A stretch of DNA of 64,000 nt, from NCBI GenBank assembly GCA_965644295.1, contig CBFFRP010000044.1, positions 6,120-70,119 of the forward strand. The letters run 5' to 3'. This document shows positions 12,939 to 25,401 of this stretch, one piece after another. The position numbers and the translations under genes were made by a program. Source of the stretch: Paraphysomonas bandaiensis (taxonomy: Eukaryota; Protista; Chrysophyceae). Position 1 is the stretch's first letter, and every line of letters starts with the position of its first letter. The notes beneath the pieces are model-generated. The model worked only from the letters and a program-made list of their open reading frames with translations. It was not told the origin of the DNA and searched no databases.

Positions 12939-13921
12939 ACCGTGAGGTGGTTACATTAACCTTAATGCTGGTTCCACAAAACTGTCTCTCAGTATGCTTG
13001 TGGGAGCAATGCGGGAAACTGAATCAAAACAATACAAAAATTAATCCAATTATTTCATAGAATAGTATTATACTCTATACCATTGCAAGTTTTTCAAATG
13101 ATCATTCCTATTGTTTCTGAGATAAGAGTTTGAGAACCTCATATCATCAGCAAATGTAATATCGATCTGAGACATTGTCGATAGATAAAATGAAGTCCAA
13201 AGAGAAACATTGTGTTGACTTCATTATCATTTCTATAAGAATATAGTATCTATAATATAATGTTTCTGTCCAATCGGTAATAAGATGCTCCATTGGATAG
13301 ATAGTCACTTGGACTGGAATGATAATACAAACATTGGATTGAGTTTTTTGCAACCGTTAGGAATAGTATATGAGTGTAATCTAATAATAAGATCTTTCAT
13401 GATATAAGATACTAGTAAAATAACAACTGAGTTGTATATAATAATGTGTTATTAATAAACTATAACAGTGTATAGTGGAGACATATATATATATATATGA
13501 CTTGCTAGATAGACTATTGTGATATGGTTATATTAAACTGTATGATGGGATTTCCGGTTTTTCCATGGCTCAAAACTAGGAAAAACAGTAAAATATAGGA
13601 TTTTAACATTGCTATATGGCTAAATTTGTATATTTTCTGGTTTTTAGTGCTGTAAAAATGTGGAAGTACATACAGCAGTATACCGGTATATATACAGCAG
13701 TACATGTACATACAGCAGTCTATATACAGCAGTACATGTACATACAGCAGTCTATATGGCTATATGACATACAGCAGCAGTATATACATGTACTGTATGT
13801 ATACCTATATAGCTATCTATAGCCCTCCAACACACAGTCAGGTCTATACAAACCCACCTAGCTGTCTATTAAAGAACAACACACATATATATATACATAC
13901 ACATATATACATATACATACT

Positions 13922-15499
13922 ATGGATAATAATACACGTGAATCATTAATACAACAAGCTATTAGTACATTATATGAAGCACATCATCAAGGAGTATCTT
14001 CAATATCCCAACAAATTAATTTCTTAGAAAATAAAGGCTTCACTCCAATTGAAATAACTGAAATATTAAAAAGATTAAATGAAGGATCATCTATAGGAAA
14101 TAATTCGAATGGATGGATATGGCAAATAGCATATCCTTTACTTGTATTAAGTGCAGGATGTCTTGCTTATGTTGTGACTGGTGCATTAGAGGAGGTAATC
14201 ACATACATATATATGTATTATAGAGTGTGTTATATATATATAGACTGAAGATGAAGCAGTAAATGTCGATACTGAATCTGAGGAAGTTATGGATAAGTGG
14301 AGTGAAGATGAGGGTGCTCTCCTCGAACAGGATGAAGCGGAACTCAATGGTGACCTTAACTTACCTCCAACCCAATACCATGTGGACGAGAAGGGGTCAC
14401 TTTCTGGTTTGACCAAGGCATTGGAAAAGCAGAGCATTGCAGTTGAGCGAGCACTAGAGATGGCTAGTCGCAGTTTAGCAATGCAGAGAGAGGAAGAGCA
14501 GGTTCGAGTTCCTCGATGGGCGGATGATGTAAGGTTATATATATTGTTCCTGGCTTGGTTCACGTATATTGGACTGTGTTTTTTGCAGCTAGTTGATAGA
14601 GTCACAGCTCAAGGCAGGGAGCTACTGAGCCTTCAGGAGGAAGTGAAAGCTTTGGAGGAGATAATTAGATCGTCACGTGGGCACATACCAGATGAAGCGA
14701 CTCAAGTAGCGACTCCGGTGCCCACGCTGCTTTTCCGTTGCATGCGATCTCTTCGAAAGACACTTTGTGACATAGTGTCCCAGAAGCAGGAGAAAAATAA
14801 GGACAGTGAGGCAGAACTGGAAGTTCCGCAGGACGTACGTGCGTTCTGTGCTGCGGTACGCATGTATCTGCAGAAAATTATTGACAGTCCCACTATATCG
14901 CGGTAATGCATTTATATCAAACTCATCACATGTAAACTCTTTTTTACCTATAGTTACCATCGCTTGTCCGCACTGAATTCGTCTTTCAAAAGCTCTGTCG
15001 GAAGTGTTTCTGGGCATGAGGAGGTGTTAAGTGCCGTGGGTTTTAAGCGCAATGGCAATTACTTTGAGTGGACTTGGAGTGGTACATTCACAGGGAAGGT
15101 TGGTAGTAATGATGCTAAGGAATATTCCAAAGAGGAGGTGCTGGATGTGTTGAAGGGGGCAGCGGAAATGCTGCTGTGTGTTTCGAAGGGAGATGTTTCC
15201 TGGAAAGACGATATCTGCAAAATACCACCTGAATGCCTGGAAATTGTAGAGTGCACTTCCGAAGACACTAAGCCTCATGAAGACCAACCAGAAGTGAATA
15301 CATCCACAAATGCTGATGATGAGGTATGTTCATATATCGCGTGTTATGAATCATAAAGGGGTCACTATAATTACTGTAGATATCACAAGAGGTAAGCAAC
15401 TCTCCAGCTTGTTCTGATTCCCAGAAAAGCGTTATGTCCGCTGTTCCATCGTCGACAATAGAGAATACCACGTCAACAGCAGCATCTAGTACCAGTTGA
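13922..15499 (+). CDS. PEX14: Peroxisomal docking protein PEX14-like (Pex14_N, TM, coiled coil) with a C-terminal PUB domain, 5 exons
   Basis: RESLIQQAI...QQINFLENKGFTPIEI fits Pex14_N. TM WIWQIAYPLLVLSAGCLAY. MYLQKIIDSP..RYHRLSALNSSFKS...EVLSAVGF fits PUB. GT-AG introns join the ORFs. Confidence 0.75.
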
Positions 15500-15899
15500 G
15501 ATTCTTTAATATAATTGAATAATCCATATCTATATTACGCAGAGTGTTATGATGCTTTTTATTTACATACAGAAAGGGTAGCGAGACAGATAGGGTGGTC
15601 CATCTACCTTCTTTGGTTTGGAACAGATAGATTTCGACAGCAGCGTTTCAACAAGTTATTTTGTATAAATCATAAATAGTTAACATTAGGAAAGCTTTCC
15701 AGGCGTACAGGTACTGAAATAGAGTAGGCACAAGAACAGCACCAAGAGAAGGGTGATAGCCTTCTCTCCCCTGATTGATTTTTATATGTTTACATTTGAG
15801 AATATCCGAAGAGGAGGCTCAGAATCAGACTCCGACCAGTCTGAGTTAAACATGCTGTATGACTGCCCTATTAACATATATGCCATACATGCATATTCT

Positions 15900-16215
15900 C
15901 AAATGTAAACACTTTTCCCGTGCTTCCGTTGCTTTGAACTCTTTATGCTTTAGATGAAACTTCTGGAGTGTCTTCGGAGAGCGCTTCACCGCCTCCCTGC
16001 AGTACGAATACGCGATGGCATATGACATTGGCCTTCAAGTAATCTTTCGTCGCTTGCTTGTATGACTTCGCCTCAAGCTTGTTCAGCGGTGGAAGTCCGA
16101 AGTCTTCCTCTCTTTGTGGCCTTTCGAGCGCGACCTCGCTTTCCTCTTTACGCATCAGAAACGTCTCGAAATCTTCAATCCATTGATCAACATTGTTCTC
16201 GTCGAACCATGACAA
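15900..16215 (-). mobile_element. Ty1/copia gag N-terminal remnant, frameshifted
   Basis: FDENNVDQWIEDFETFLMRK resembles copia gag N-termini. Removing a 7-bp duplication (atgtcat/atgccat) restores KANAIAYSYCREAV. Confidence 0.6.
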
Positions 16216-16245
16216 ATCAGCTCTATCCTCCTTCTCTCCTCCGCA

Positions 16246-16587
16246 TCTGCTATCATATATATATAGTAAAGTCTAATTATTACATGAGAACGGTTGTGTA
16301 CAGAAACTAGTTATACATCTATAGACTAACTAATAACTGGACTTGCTATATACTACTAGCGGCGGGCAACCGTCTCGGGACTGCTTGTGCATCGCTGCGA
16401 GCACCATGGTGCAACCGTCCCTTGTATTGAGCTTAGTCGGGGGGTCTACTTTTGGGCAATATGTCTGGCGGACCTGTGCCATGGATTATGTGAGGGGTGA
16501 ATGGGGCGAGATGTATATGAGAGATGAGAGTGTAAGTTGGTGGTGGGTATCGGTCTGCTATCATATTGACTATCGGTCATTTTAGCA
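16246..16587 (-). mobile_element. Probable 5' LTR plus degenerate PBS of the copia remnant
   Basis: On the minus strand: TG start near 16587, TATA-like gtatatagca, then tgatagcaga (resembles a TGGTAGCAGA Met PBS) just before gag. Confidence 0.4.
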
Positions 16588-18174
16588 GTTAAAATCATTA
16601 AGAAAATTTTATAGTAATTAAACTGGATAGACTCTTTATTATAATTGCATACACAATTATTATAATCATGTAAAACATGTCAACAACATGATAATTTATT
16701 TCGTTCATATCAACCACTGCTCAACTTCAGTATCTTGAATCGTCATGATACAATACTTCAGTTTCACAGTTATAGCTATATAGTATATAGCATCTTTGTC
16801 TACGTATTACTGTTTTTCACATTGTATTAACGTATTCTACATTCTACAGTACTATCTTAGAGAACCATACGTATTCCAACATTATATACGTCTAACATGC
16901 CACTGTTTGGGTCCTATTATTTGTCGGTTATTATCGAATTAGTATCAGGCTATGCATACCGTTACGCTTTATACGTGAAAATTCTAAATGGATATATGGG
17001 CATTATTATAAACAGAGTAAAATACAGAATAGGCTTCTATATTAAGCGATGGAATATAAGGAACATATACAATAGAGTGTGAAGCTAAGTATACTTGATG
17101 TTGATATCAACACAAGTAGACACGCAACATCAAAGGCAACGTAGAGCACATGGACTAATATATCTCATGCATAAGTTATCATGCATGAATGTGGCTATAT
17201 ATCAACATATCAACTGGTTGTATTTCTCTGTCTTTTATAGAACTAATGTGTGATATTAATAAGGTAGCAACGGCTCCATAGGCCCATATGCAACACTTTA
17301 TATAATATACGGTATGTGTGTGTTATATATACTATTCGCCCCATGCAACTTTATATCTGCGCCTCTTCAGTTATAGTTTCATATCATCTATTCAACTAAC
17401 AACATATAAATATCCAAAGATAGAGATATATATGGTACACACGGGTATATGGTAGGATATGAGATATGAGTGATTGCACACACTGCTATATGGAGTATGC
17501 ACAATATACACACCATATATATGTAGATAGAAACATCTATATAACATGCTCACGTATCATTGCAAACAATATCTTAAATAACATCCATACCTCTCAAAAT
17601 ACATGCAATACATATTATACAACACCAATAAAACATATACTGTAGTATTCATTGCATAATATATATATAACTCGACCTTAAAGTTCTATAGTATCACTGT
17701 AGTGGTCATGCATGTAACTGTAAGTCAATGGCTGCCATATGTTTGAAGCAATGGTTTGTCTTCGTGTTGATGACTATTGGCTGCAACTACGATTCATATA
17801 GTTCGAAAGCATGATAGAAACAGACAATGTAAATCATTAGTATGCATTAGATGAGATGGAAGCCACTTTACTTAAATGAATGCATGCATGCATGTTTTCT
17901 ATGCAACGATCTGTTCCATATATATCATAAAGTGGGTGTTTTCACTACAAAACCCCCCAAAAACGCTTTTTGCTACAATACTTGTGCTTCTTTAAATAGG
18001 AATTTCGTAGAATATACCTTATTAATTCCTGTTTTCCATGCTTTTCGCATTATAACCTTCGAATACTACTACAAAACCCATGAAATTGATGAAAATCAAG
18101 GATATTGTACTCTATATTTACAATATTTACAGTATATATACTCGACTTGGAGGTCGCAGTGTTGTGGTTAATAT

Positions 18175-18308
18175 GTATCGGCATCCTTTGTATATTTTTG
18201 TTCCAAGATGCCTCTAATATTGAGACAATAATTCTCTGTATTCCAGCCGTAGTTATATTGCAGTAATATAGAACATTTTTGTTTCAATTAATTTCCGAAA
18301 AATAAGAT
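18175..18308 (+). mobile_element. Family A MITE-like element, copy 3 (3'-truncated at AAGAT)
   Basis: gtatcggcatcctttgtatatttttgttccaagatgcc...ttccgaaaaataagat. Confidence 0.85.
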
Positions 18309-18385
18309 ACATATGTAGAGGAATTAGATCACATCATACTCATAATTTGAGATAGTAGTAAGAATATTATAAGAAATTAATTACA

Positions 18386-18983
18386 ATGGAAGGAGTATGT
18401 GTACCATGTAGTGATATGGATCAATCATCCATATTATCATCTGAAGATGTGAATGAAGTGAGTTCATAGTCTATTGATATATATATGTATGCATATGTAT
18501 GCATATGTATGTATATGTATGTATATGTATGTACTTACATGTATGTATGTACTTATATATATATACACATGTACTTGTATGTATGTATATATATATCTGT
18601 GTTTGACATATATGAATAGATGCTAAAAGATATGCCACTATGGAAATTAAATTCAAATGGTCATTTAAGTAGAGTTTTTATTGCAAAAAACTTTACAGCT
18701 GCAATGGATTTTCTCAATCAAGCCGCTGCAGTTGCAGAATCAATGGGTCATCATCCTGATATGCATCTGACATCCTACAGACAAGTCGAAGTAATATATA
18801 TACACAGATAATAATACATATCTGATATTTTTATGTATGCAGATCGTGTTATATACACATTCTGTGGGAGGATTAACTCAAGCTGACTTTATGGAAGCTC
18901 GAAAACTTGATGAACTCCCTGTGACCTACTCGCCAAAATGGTATCGTGAGAATTTTCCGTCGCAGGATACTGGCAAGTCGTAG
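18386..18983 (+). CDS. Pterin-4-alpha-carbinolamine dehydratase (PCD/DCoH family), 3 exons
   Basis: MEGVCVPCS..., LSRVFIAKNFTAAMDFLNQAAAVAESMGHHPDMHL, IVLYTHSVGGLTQADFMEARKLD. Confidence 0.9.
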
Positions 18984-19546
18984 GTTTATTTATCGTGGGC
19001 TATCTTTCTTTGAGTAGTACCATAATTTAGTTAGTTTGATTATATAGTATTTTGCAGTGCTGCTTATCGGTGCTCTCACAGTAGCGTTTGATATTATATT
19101 TTAGCTTGTTTTTTGGTCTTGGTTGTCGGTGTAAATATCCGAGCGAGCAAGACTATTAGGCTGTAGAATAACCTTAGGCTAAACAACTAATCATTTAATC
19201 AGCGTATAGTTTACCGCAGTTCAAGTAAATAGCTTTGGTGGAAGAAATTATAGCAGAGCTTCTTGATATTCAGTCTGCTGTTGCTAGTGCTAAAATTTAC
19301 ATTCTCTTCATCGGAAGTGGTTATGCCAGGTTTGAAAGTGAAATACGAGTTAGTCCATGAAACATATATTATCATGCATGATGCATGGGTCCCTAGAATA
19401 TGTTAAGTTGTGAATTATTCTTCATCAAAATTAAAATTCTTTACATAACGTGCGCTCTATATTTCTATTCTATCTTTAAATTTCGCTACTAACACGACCT
19501 GTATAATATTTGCAAGATGACGACATCATGTTGTTCATATAAACAA

Positions 19547-21911
19547 TTAATTATGGGATGGTGCGTCCTTTGCATCCTCGGTATCCATAGGAACTGGAGT
19601 AAGATTATGAAACATAGTAAAATCAACAACAGTCCACCCTGCTTTCAAATAAGTAACAAATGAAAAATCGCATCGACTCACCGTTGCTGTCAATTGATGT
19701 ACACGGCACAAAAAAGTGATCCCACACTATTTCATCGTATCTATAGGAGTGGAAAGCTTGTACATTATGCGAAGTTTGCGGATCCATGCCCTCAACAACC
19801 ACTACGATCTCCATTCGCCTATCCTGCATAAACGCTTTTACATCCTGCTGCTCCCACTTGTACTGTTCTCTTTGTTGTTCAGGGTCTACACAAGGTTTTA
19901 ACGTATCTTCTGAGCCGTCGGGATGAAGCGCCCCCCTGCCTGATTGCCGTGTAATAACTTCGGGAAAAGAATATTGGCTTCGTCTACGAGAAATCGATTG
20001 CGATGGAGCTGACTCAGAAAATTGTTTATTATCTGCCTGAGAGTGCAGGGCAGAAGGAATTTCCCACATTTTCTCTGCAGGGGTCGAACTGAGATAAGAG
20101 TCTCGGTCACCCCCACTACATGTATCCTTGTGTGTATCAATATCAGGGGGGCTATACGGCCTCGGGGTGTAGAGGGGTACCGTAGGAGGTTCCTTCCAGC
20201 ATTTAGGAGGTAATCTGAGTCATTACACCGCAATATCACATATAACTTGACTATATCAATTAGAATAACTTACAGCGGAGAAAAGTCATCTATGTCGTGT
20301 ACAATCACCTGCGGAAGCGACAGTAGAATTCTAGATCCCAGGTCATCATTGGGGTGTGAGAGACGCATGTTGTATGTCTGACAAGTGACAGCTCCCGCAG
20401 ATCCCATCCGCTCGTACCGGACTGCATAGACGCGCACTTTCGCCTCCACCAGTTGCATCTTGCGTAGCTCACATACTTGAAACATGAAATACAACTTGCC
20501 ACGGATACGGCGGATTATGGCGCGGTTACTCATGACAATCGTCTTCCGACGAGAACGGGTCCTACGATGTATTCACAGAACACATATGTTAGAATTATTC
20601 AACTACTACACATACACTACCTACTGATCCTCTGGTAAAGGACACCCAACACACCCGCTTGAAGCATGAGACTCATACAAGAGTGAATAGTCAATACAAT
20701 TGATGGGGTCACGCATCCTCCAAAATATATATCCCTGAGAAGCAAGTCAACAGCGTGAACTACATCGATCAGCTACAAGCGCACACAAGTCCATGTATCC
20801 CCGACAGAATAGTCGCACTCACTTGGCACCGAACCCGATAGTCATCATAATCTCAAGTGAAAAAGTGTACGCTCGAAGAAATGAAGTTGTCGTAATGTTA
20901 CAACGGTCGGTGAAGTTAGCAAAATCTCCCATGATTGCCCATGGTATAGCCATTACAACCGTACTGTGGTACACAGTATTAATACTATTCACATAAAATA
21001 TGTGTCACAATCGCGACTCTGCTTACCAGGTAAGAAATATTACCATCAAAACCAAACAGCACCTTGGTGTTTTCATATACACCAGTGCCAACACAGGATC
21101 TCCTCCAAAAAACAGGCCCAAAACTTGATCACCAGGAACCTTTCGCTTAATATACCAGTCACCTTCACTCTGATGGAACGAACTATCGCGATCAACTAAA
21201 CGAGTGGCTACATTCTTAGGTGTAGATTGTATAGCAGAATCTGATGTCCAGCTATCAGATATCCAACTCTCTCTATATACATATATACACAATTATTTAT
21301 AGTATATGTAATATGTAATGTATGATATGTGATGTACAGTATGTGATGTACAGAGTATTATATGTGCAATATACAGTATGTGTGTATGGCTACATGTACT
21401 ATGCAGTGTGTGTGTATATGGCTACATGTACAATGCAGTGTGTGTATATATGGCTACATGTACAATGGAGTGTGTGTGTATATGGCTACATGTACTATGC
21501 AGTATGTGTGTATATGGCTACATGTACAATGTGTGTGTGTATATGGCTACATGTACAATGCAGTGTGTGTGTGTATATGGCTACATGTACAATGCAGTGT
21601 GTGTGTATATGGCTACATGTACAATGCAGTGTGTGTGTATATGGCTACATGTACAATGCAGTGTGTGTGTATATGGCTACATGTACAATGCAGTGTGTGT
21701 GTATATGGCTACATGTACAATGCAGTGTGTGTGTATATGGCTACATGTACAATGGAGTGTGTGTGTATATGGCTACATGTACAATGCAGTGTGTGTGTAT
21801 ATGGCTACATGTACAATGCAGTGTGTGTGTATATGGTTACCGTGTGCCATCTCTTTTCTTCATAACAGACACCATTTTACTTTCAAAGTAAGTCATAAAA
21901 CAAGTGCCCAT
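19547..21911 (-). CDS. Inward-rectifier K+ channel (Kir/IRK family), multi-exon
   Basis: Pore motif FSLEIMMTIGFG; IVMSNRAII...YFMFQVCELRK; EIVVVVEGMDPQTSHNVQAFHSY..DEIVWDHFF; terminal VDFTMFH. Confidence 0.88.
21378..21840. repeat. 32-bp minisatellite (gtgtgtgtgtatatggctacatgtacaatgca), about 14 copies, in Kir intron 1
   Basis: Head-to-tail repeats with no spacers. Confidence 0.95.
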
Positions 21912-22047
21912 GATTACTAGAATAAGGAGTTATGAATCCTCCTATAAACTAACTGAAATAATCTGATAAATAATGTGTATAATAATATATATGACTCCGA
22001 GTATATTGTGATAGAGTTCATATGACTATATATACCACCATACACAC

Positions 22048-22204
22048 ATCGTATCGGCATCATTTGTGTATTTTTGTTCCAAGATGCCTCATATATGGAG
22101 ACAATAATTGTCTGTAATCCAGTCGTAGTTGTATTGCAGTTATATATAGTATTTTTGCTTCAATTTATTCCCGAAAACTAAGATGCTGACTGCCGATACG
22201 ATAC
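22048..22204 (+). mobile_element. Family A MITE-like element, copy 4 (complete)
   Basis: atcgtatcggca...tgccgatacgat TIRs. Confidence 0.85.
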
Positions 22205-22659
22205 ATATATACAGACGTCTAACACACAGATGTCATATAATGTCACCACTAATACACATGATAGCCAATCAATGAATAGTCACAGGTACTGGTTGGAAAA
22301 TAATGGTTTGAAAAAAAAAAAGTTTGAAGTAGAAGAAGTGAAAAGAAAAAATTCTATGAAAATCCCTTATTTTTTTAAAATTTAAAATTACGAGTAGTGT
22401 TAAAATCTGTATGTATGATTAAAGTACACCACAATATCCCCATAATATACTGTGTATATATAAAAACAGGTATAGTAAATCCATGCATTAAACATCATCA
22501 TATCACACATACAGTGTACATTTAAACAAAGCAATACAATCTGCTACATTACAGTCTATAGAATCAACTCACACAATGGTATCAACTCATTGCAAAAGAT
22601 GTACAACAAAACATGATCGGTAATTATCTATACTATCAAACTATTGTTTTAATTGATTT

Positions 22660-23621
22660 GAATAGATGTCGTTTAATGCACTTATATAGTCATCTATCAG
22701 CAAAGACTTTATGGAAACGTGCAATTGACTCAATGTATTTGAATACAAAAGAAAGGTCAAGTATTACAACTGCTTTGAACCCATGGATACAGTTGGCAGA
22801 AATGTTTAATGATACTAGTTTAGTATTTCAGAATCAGTGTATTACTTACTACGAGGATGGAACACCGATAATTCCATACAAGTAAGTAAACTATACCACT
22901 TATCAACACTTCGTCTAATTTTTTTACAGGCCTGTGCCTAAATTGGAGAGCATAACTAAAGTTTGTTATGATCTCAACCCATCCTTGAGTGGGAGGCCTC
23001 AACGCGATGGGGAGTGGATCAAGAAAGAAATATGTTAAATTCGAAGCACGTTGACAAAGGCAAGTACTACATATGTAACGAACCCGCCGCATTTTATTTC
23101 TGTGATTTCTTACATAGGTATTTAACGATTTCAACCGTAGTGGTAATCAAGATGCCGAAAACTTGAACAATGAATGGTGCAAATTCAGCTCTACATATCC
23201 TACTATTTACACGTACGCTTTCTGTATCATTGATCGAGGCATGCTTGATCAATTAGGAATAATGCTTCCCGTGGAAATGCAAAAAGATAGTGGTGTCTTG
23301 GTGTCGGAACGAACCAAGCGTCCTCTCTCAAATAATCCGTCGGTAGTAAACCGTAGGCGTCAGAGAATGCGCAGAGCAGAATGTCCTCGTAGTACGGATT
23401 CCACAACGATCTCCGACCAAGGAGGATCAAACTCCATTACGAACTCGTTTGTAAAAAATATGCTTGACACTTTTCAGCGACAACACGAACGAAAACTTCT
23501 TGAATGCTTATATCTCTATGGTACGGACAAAATGAAAGCGAAGGCCCAAGAAAGACTATTACAGCTGGGTTACGTGAAAGGCGTTGAACTGAATTTTGAT
23601 TTTGAACACGAACGCCTCTAA
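22660..23621 (+). pseudogene. Multi-exon gene with one in-frame TAA; Myb/SANT-like (possibly transposon-associated) protein
   Basis: NPWIQLAEMFND...DLNPS...RDGEWIKKEIC*IRSTLTK|VFNDFNRSGNQDAEN..EWCKF. One GT-AG intron and one GC-AG intron. Confidence 0.5.
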
Positions 23622-24500
23622 CCTTTCATAGGTCGCTGTTAGAATTAGACATTTTACTGAAGTTGACTTTGCTCTACACTTAAATCTTAACCTTGTTTTG
23701 TTGAACACAAAGCACTTTCAAGTAAGAAACTATAATTATTAATCTAAACACTTCACTACATATTCATGTCACATCTGGTGAACATCTGTTCTCAGCAGCA
23801 TCTGTTTATCATACGTTCACCAGTCACGCCTATATCTTATAAAGTAACACATCAGTAATGCACCTAATAACTTTGTAACTATAATCACCCGTTACACCTA
23901 CGAGTTGACTTCACCTATTGCACACTATTAACTATTGACTCACTTCAAATGCACACTATATATTACATCATATTGCAGAACTCAACTGTGCATCTGTGTT
24001 AGACATTTTGTAACTGCTGAGAAATCTTTGGAATCCATTGCTAGGATGAATATTAAGATATTAAGTATTATGATGCTTTGATACACATCTATATAACTAT
24101 ATGGGATTGGATTGATTGGATATGATATGAAGTTTTTGTGATAATTTTATAGCGCAATGACACTCTATCAAAACATGTTGTCCGATTCAATAAATGTGAT
24201 GTGTGTAATGGAAGGTCTATCATATCTAGGGCAACTGATGCTGATACCTAGGTTGTTTGATATTGACACATTGTTTAGACATTTAGACTTTACCCACTGA
24301 TTCAACTCACAATTACTGTATTAACAGGTTGCAATAATTTAACAATATCGTTATATTTATCACATAAACAATCACCATGCTAAACCATACGTATTCTCTA
24401 CATCTTGAACAGACGCTATTTTACCATTATGGTCAGATGTTCTTATCCATTTACTCTTGCTTATTGAACATTTAGTTTTAGTAGTCCATGTAGTGTGCAT

Positions 24501-25284
24501 CAAGGATAGAGAACAATATATTGTAAAATATATTGATTGGTGGACCGGTAAAATATTCCATCAATATTGTTTCTGTTAAAAGAGCTCACAATACTATTGC
24601 AATATATTGTAATCAATATTATGATACTCATATAGGAGAAGATTCTTAACTGTAGGGAAAAAACTATAAGCCGATGTATATAAATCTTCGTTCAGACAGT
24701 GATTATTGCAACAATACAATAGGGGATGATGAAGCTGAAGTTGGATATGCGAAAAAAATTCTTCAATCAGTTCAAAAACTTAAGAAACGGAAAGTTGAAA
24801 TATCTAAGTACAGGTGCACGAGTCATGTAGTATGTACTTCCAATCCAATACATGTGAACGCCTGTTCAGCGCTTTGCAAAACTGATTATATCAGTGTTGC
24901 GCAAACGTGTGCATTCTACTACACTTATTATGCTGTTGTTTCTGAAAGCTAACCGACAGTTGTGGCCGGATGCAAGCATATTTCAATCAATATTGAATGA
25001 ATATGATGATGATGATGTCACCGATGATGGCTCATGAGGATGTGTATGAGGAAACTTTTAATTAGTTAAGAGTAGTGGGTTTGATTATTAAAAGTGACCG
25101 TAGACCTTATAATGGCAAGTACTAAAAATGGAAACTACGGATGTGTTTACTTACTGATTAGTCATATACCTATATATTGGAATATATTGAAATAGTATTG
25201 TAGGGCCGGTTTAAAAAATCCATCAATACTTTTGATGGAACGCTATCTAACAATAGTATTGCAATATATTGTTCCCTATCCCTG
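24501..25284 (+). mobile_element. Non-autonomous hAT transposon (784 bp) with 23-bp TIRs and an 8-bp TSD (GTGTGCAT)
   Basis: TIR caaggatagagaacaatatattg versus caatatattgttccctatccctg. TSD at 24493-24500 and 25285-25292. Frameshifted remnant TSN.CERLFS.AKL...RKR...MLLFLKANRQLW matches the hAT C-terminal dimerisation motif. Confidence 0.92.
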
Positions 25285-25401
25285 GTGTGCATCGCCACAA
25301 GCATACGAATTGATATCACAGCACGTTTAATATATTTTTCTCGTGACAAATAGTCACTCAATTTATTAGATTTCAACCATAACTAAATACTAAAGTACAT
25401 G

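Noticed and set aside
21322-21920. Three overlapping Cys/Tyr/Val-rich ORFs; possible CRISPR-like array
   Set aside because: They are translations of a 32-bp tandem minisatellite in an intron, and there are no unique spacers.
12951-23037. TAA reassignment, suggested by in-frame TAA codons in two genes
   Set aside because: TAA ends conserved proteins at their expected C-termini (protease inhibitor ...PHIG*, Kir, OGFOD2), and the other long CDSs have no internal TAA.
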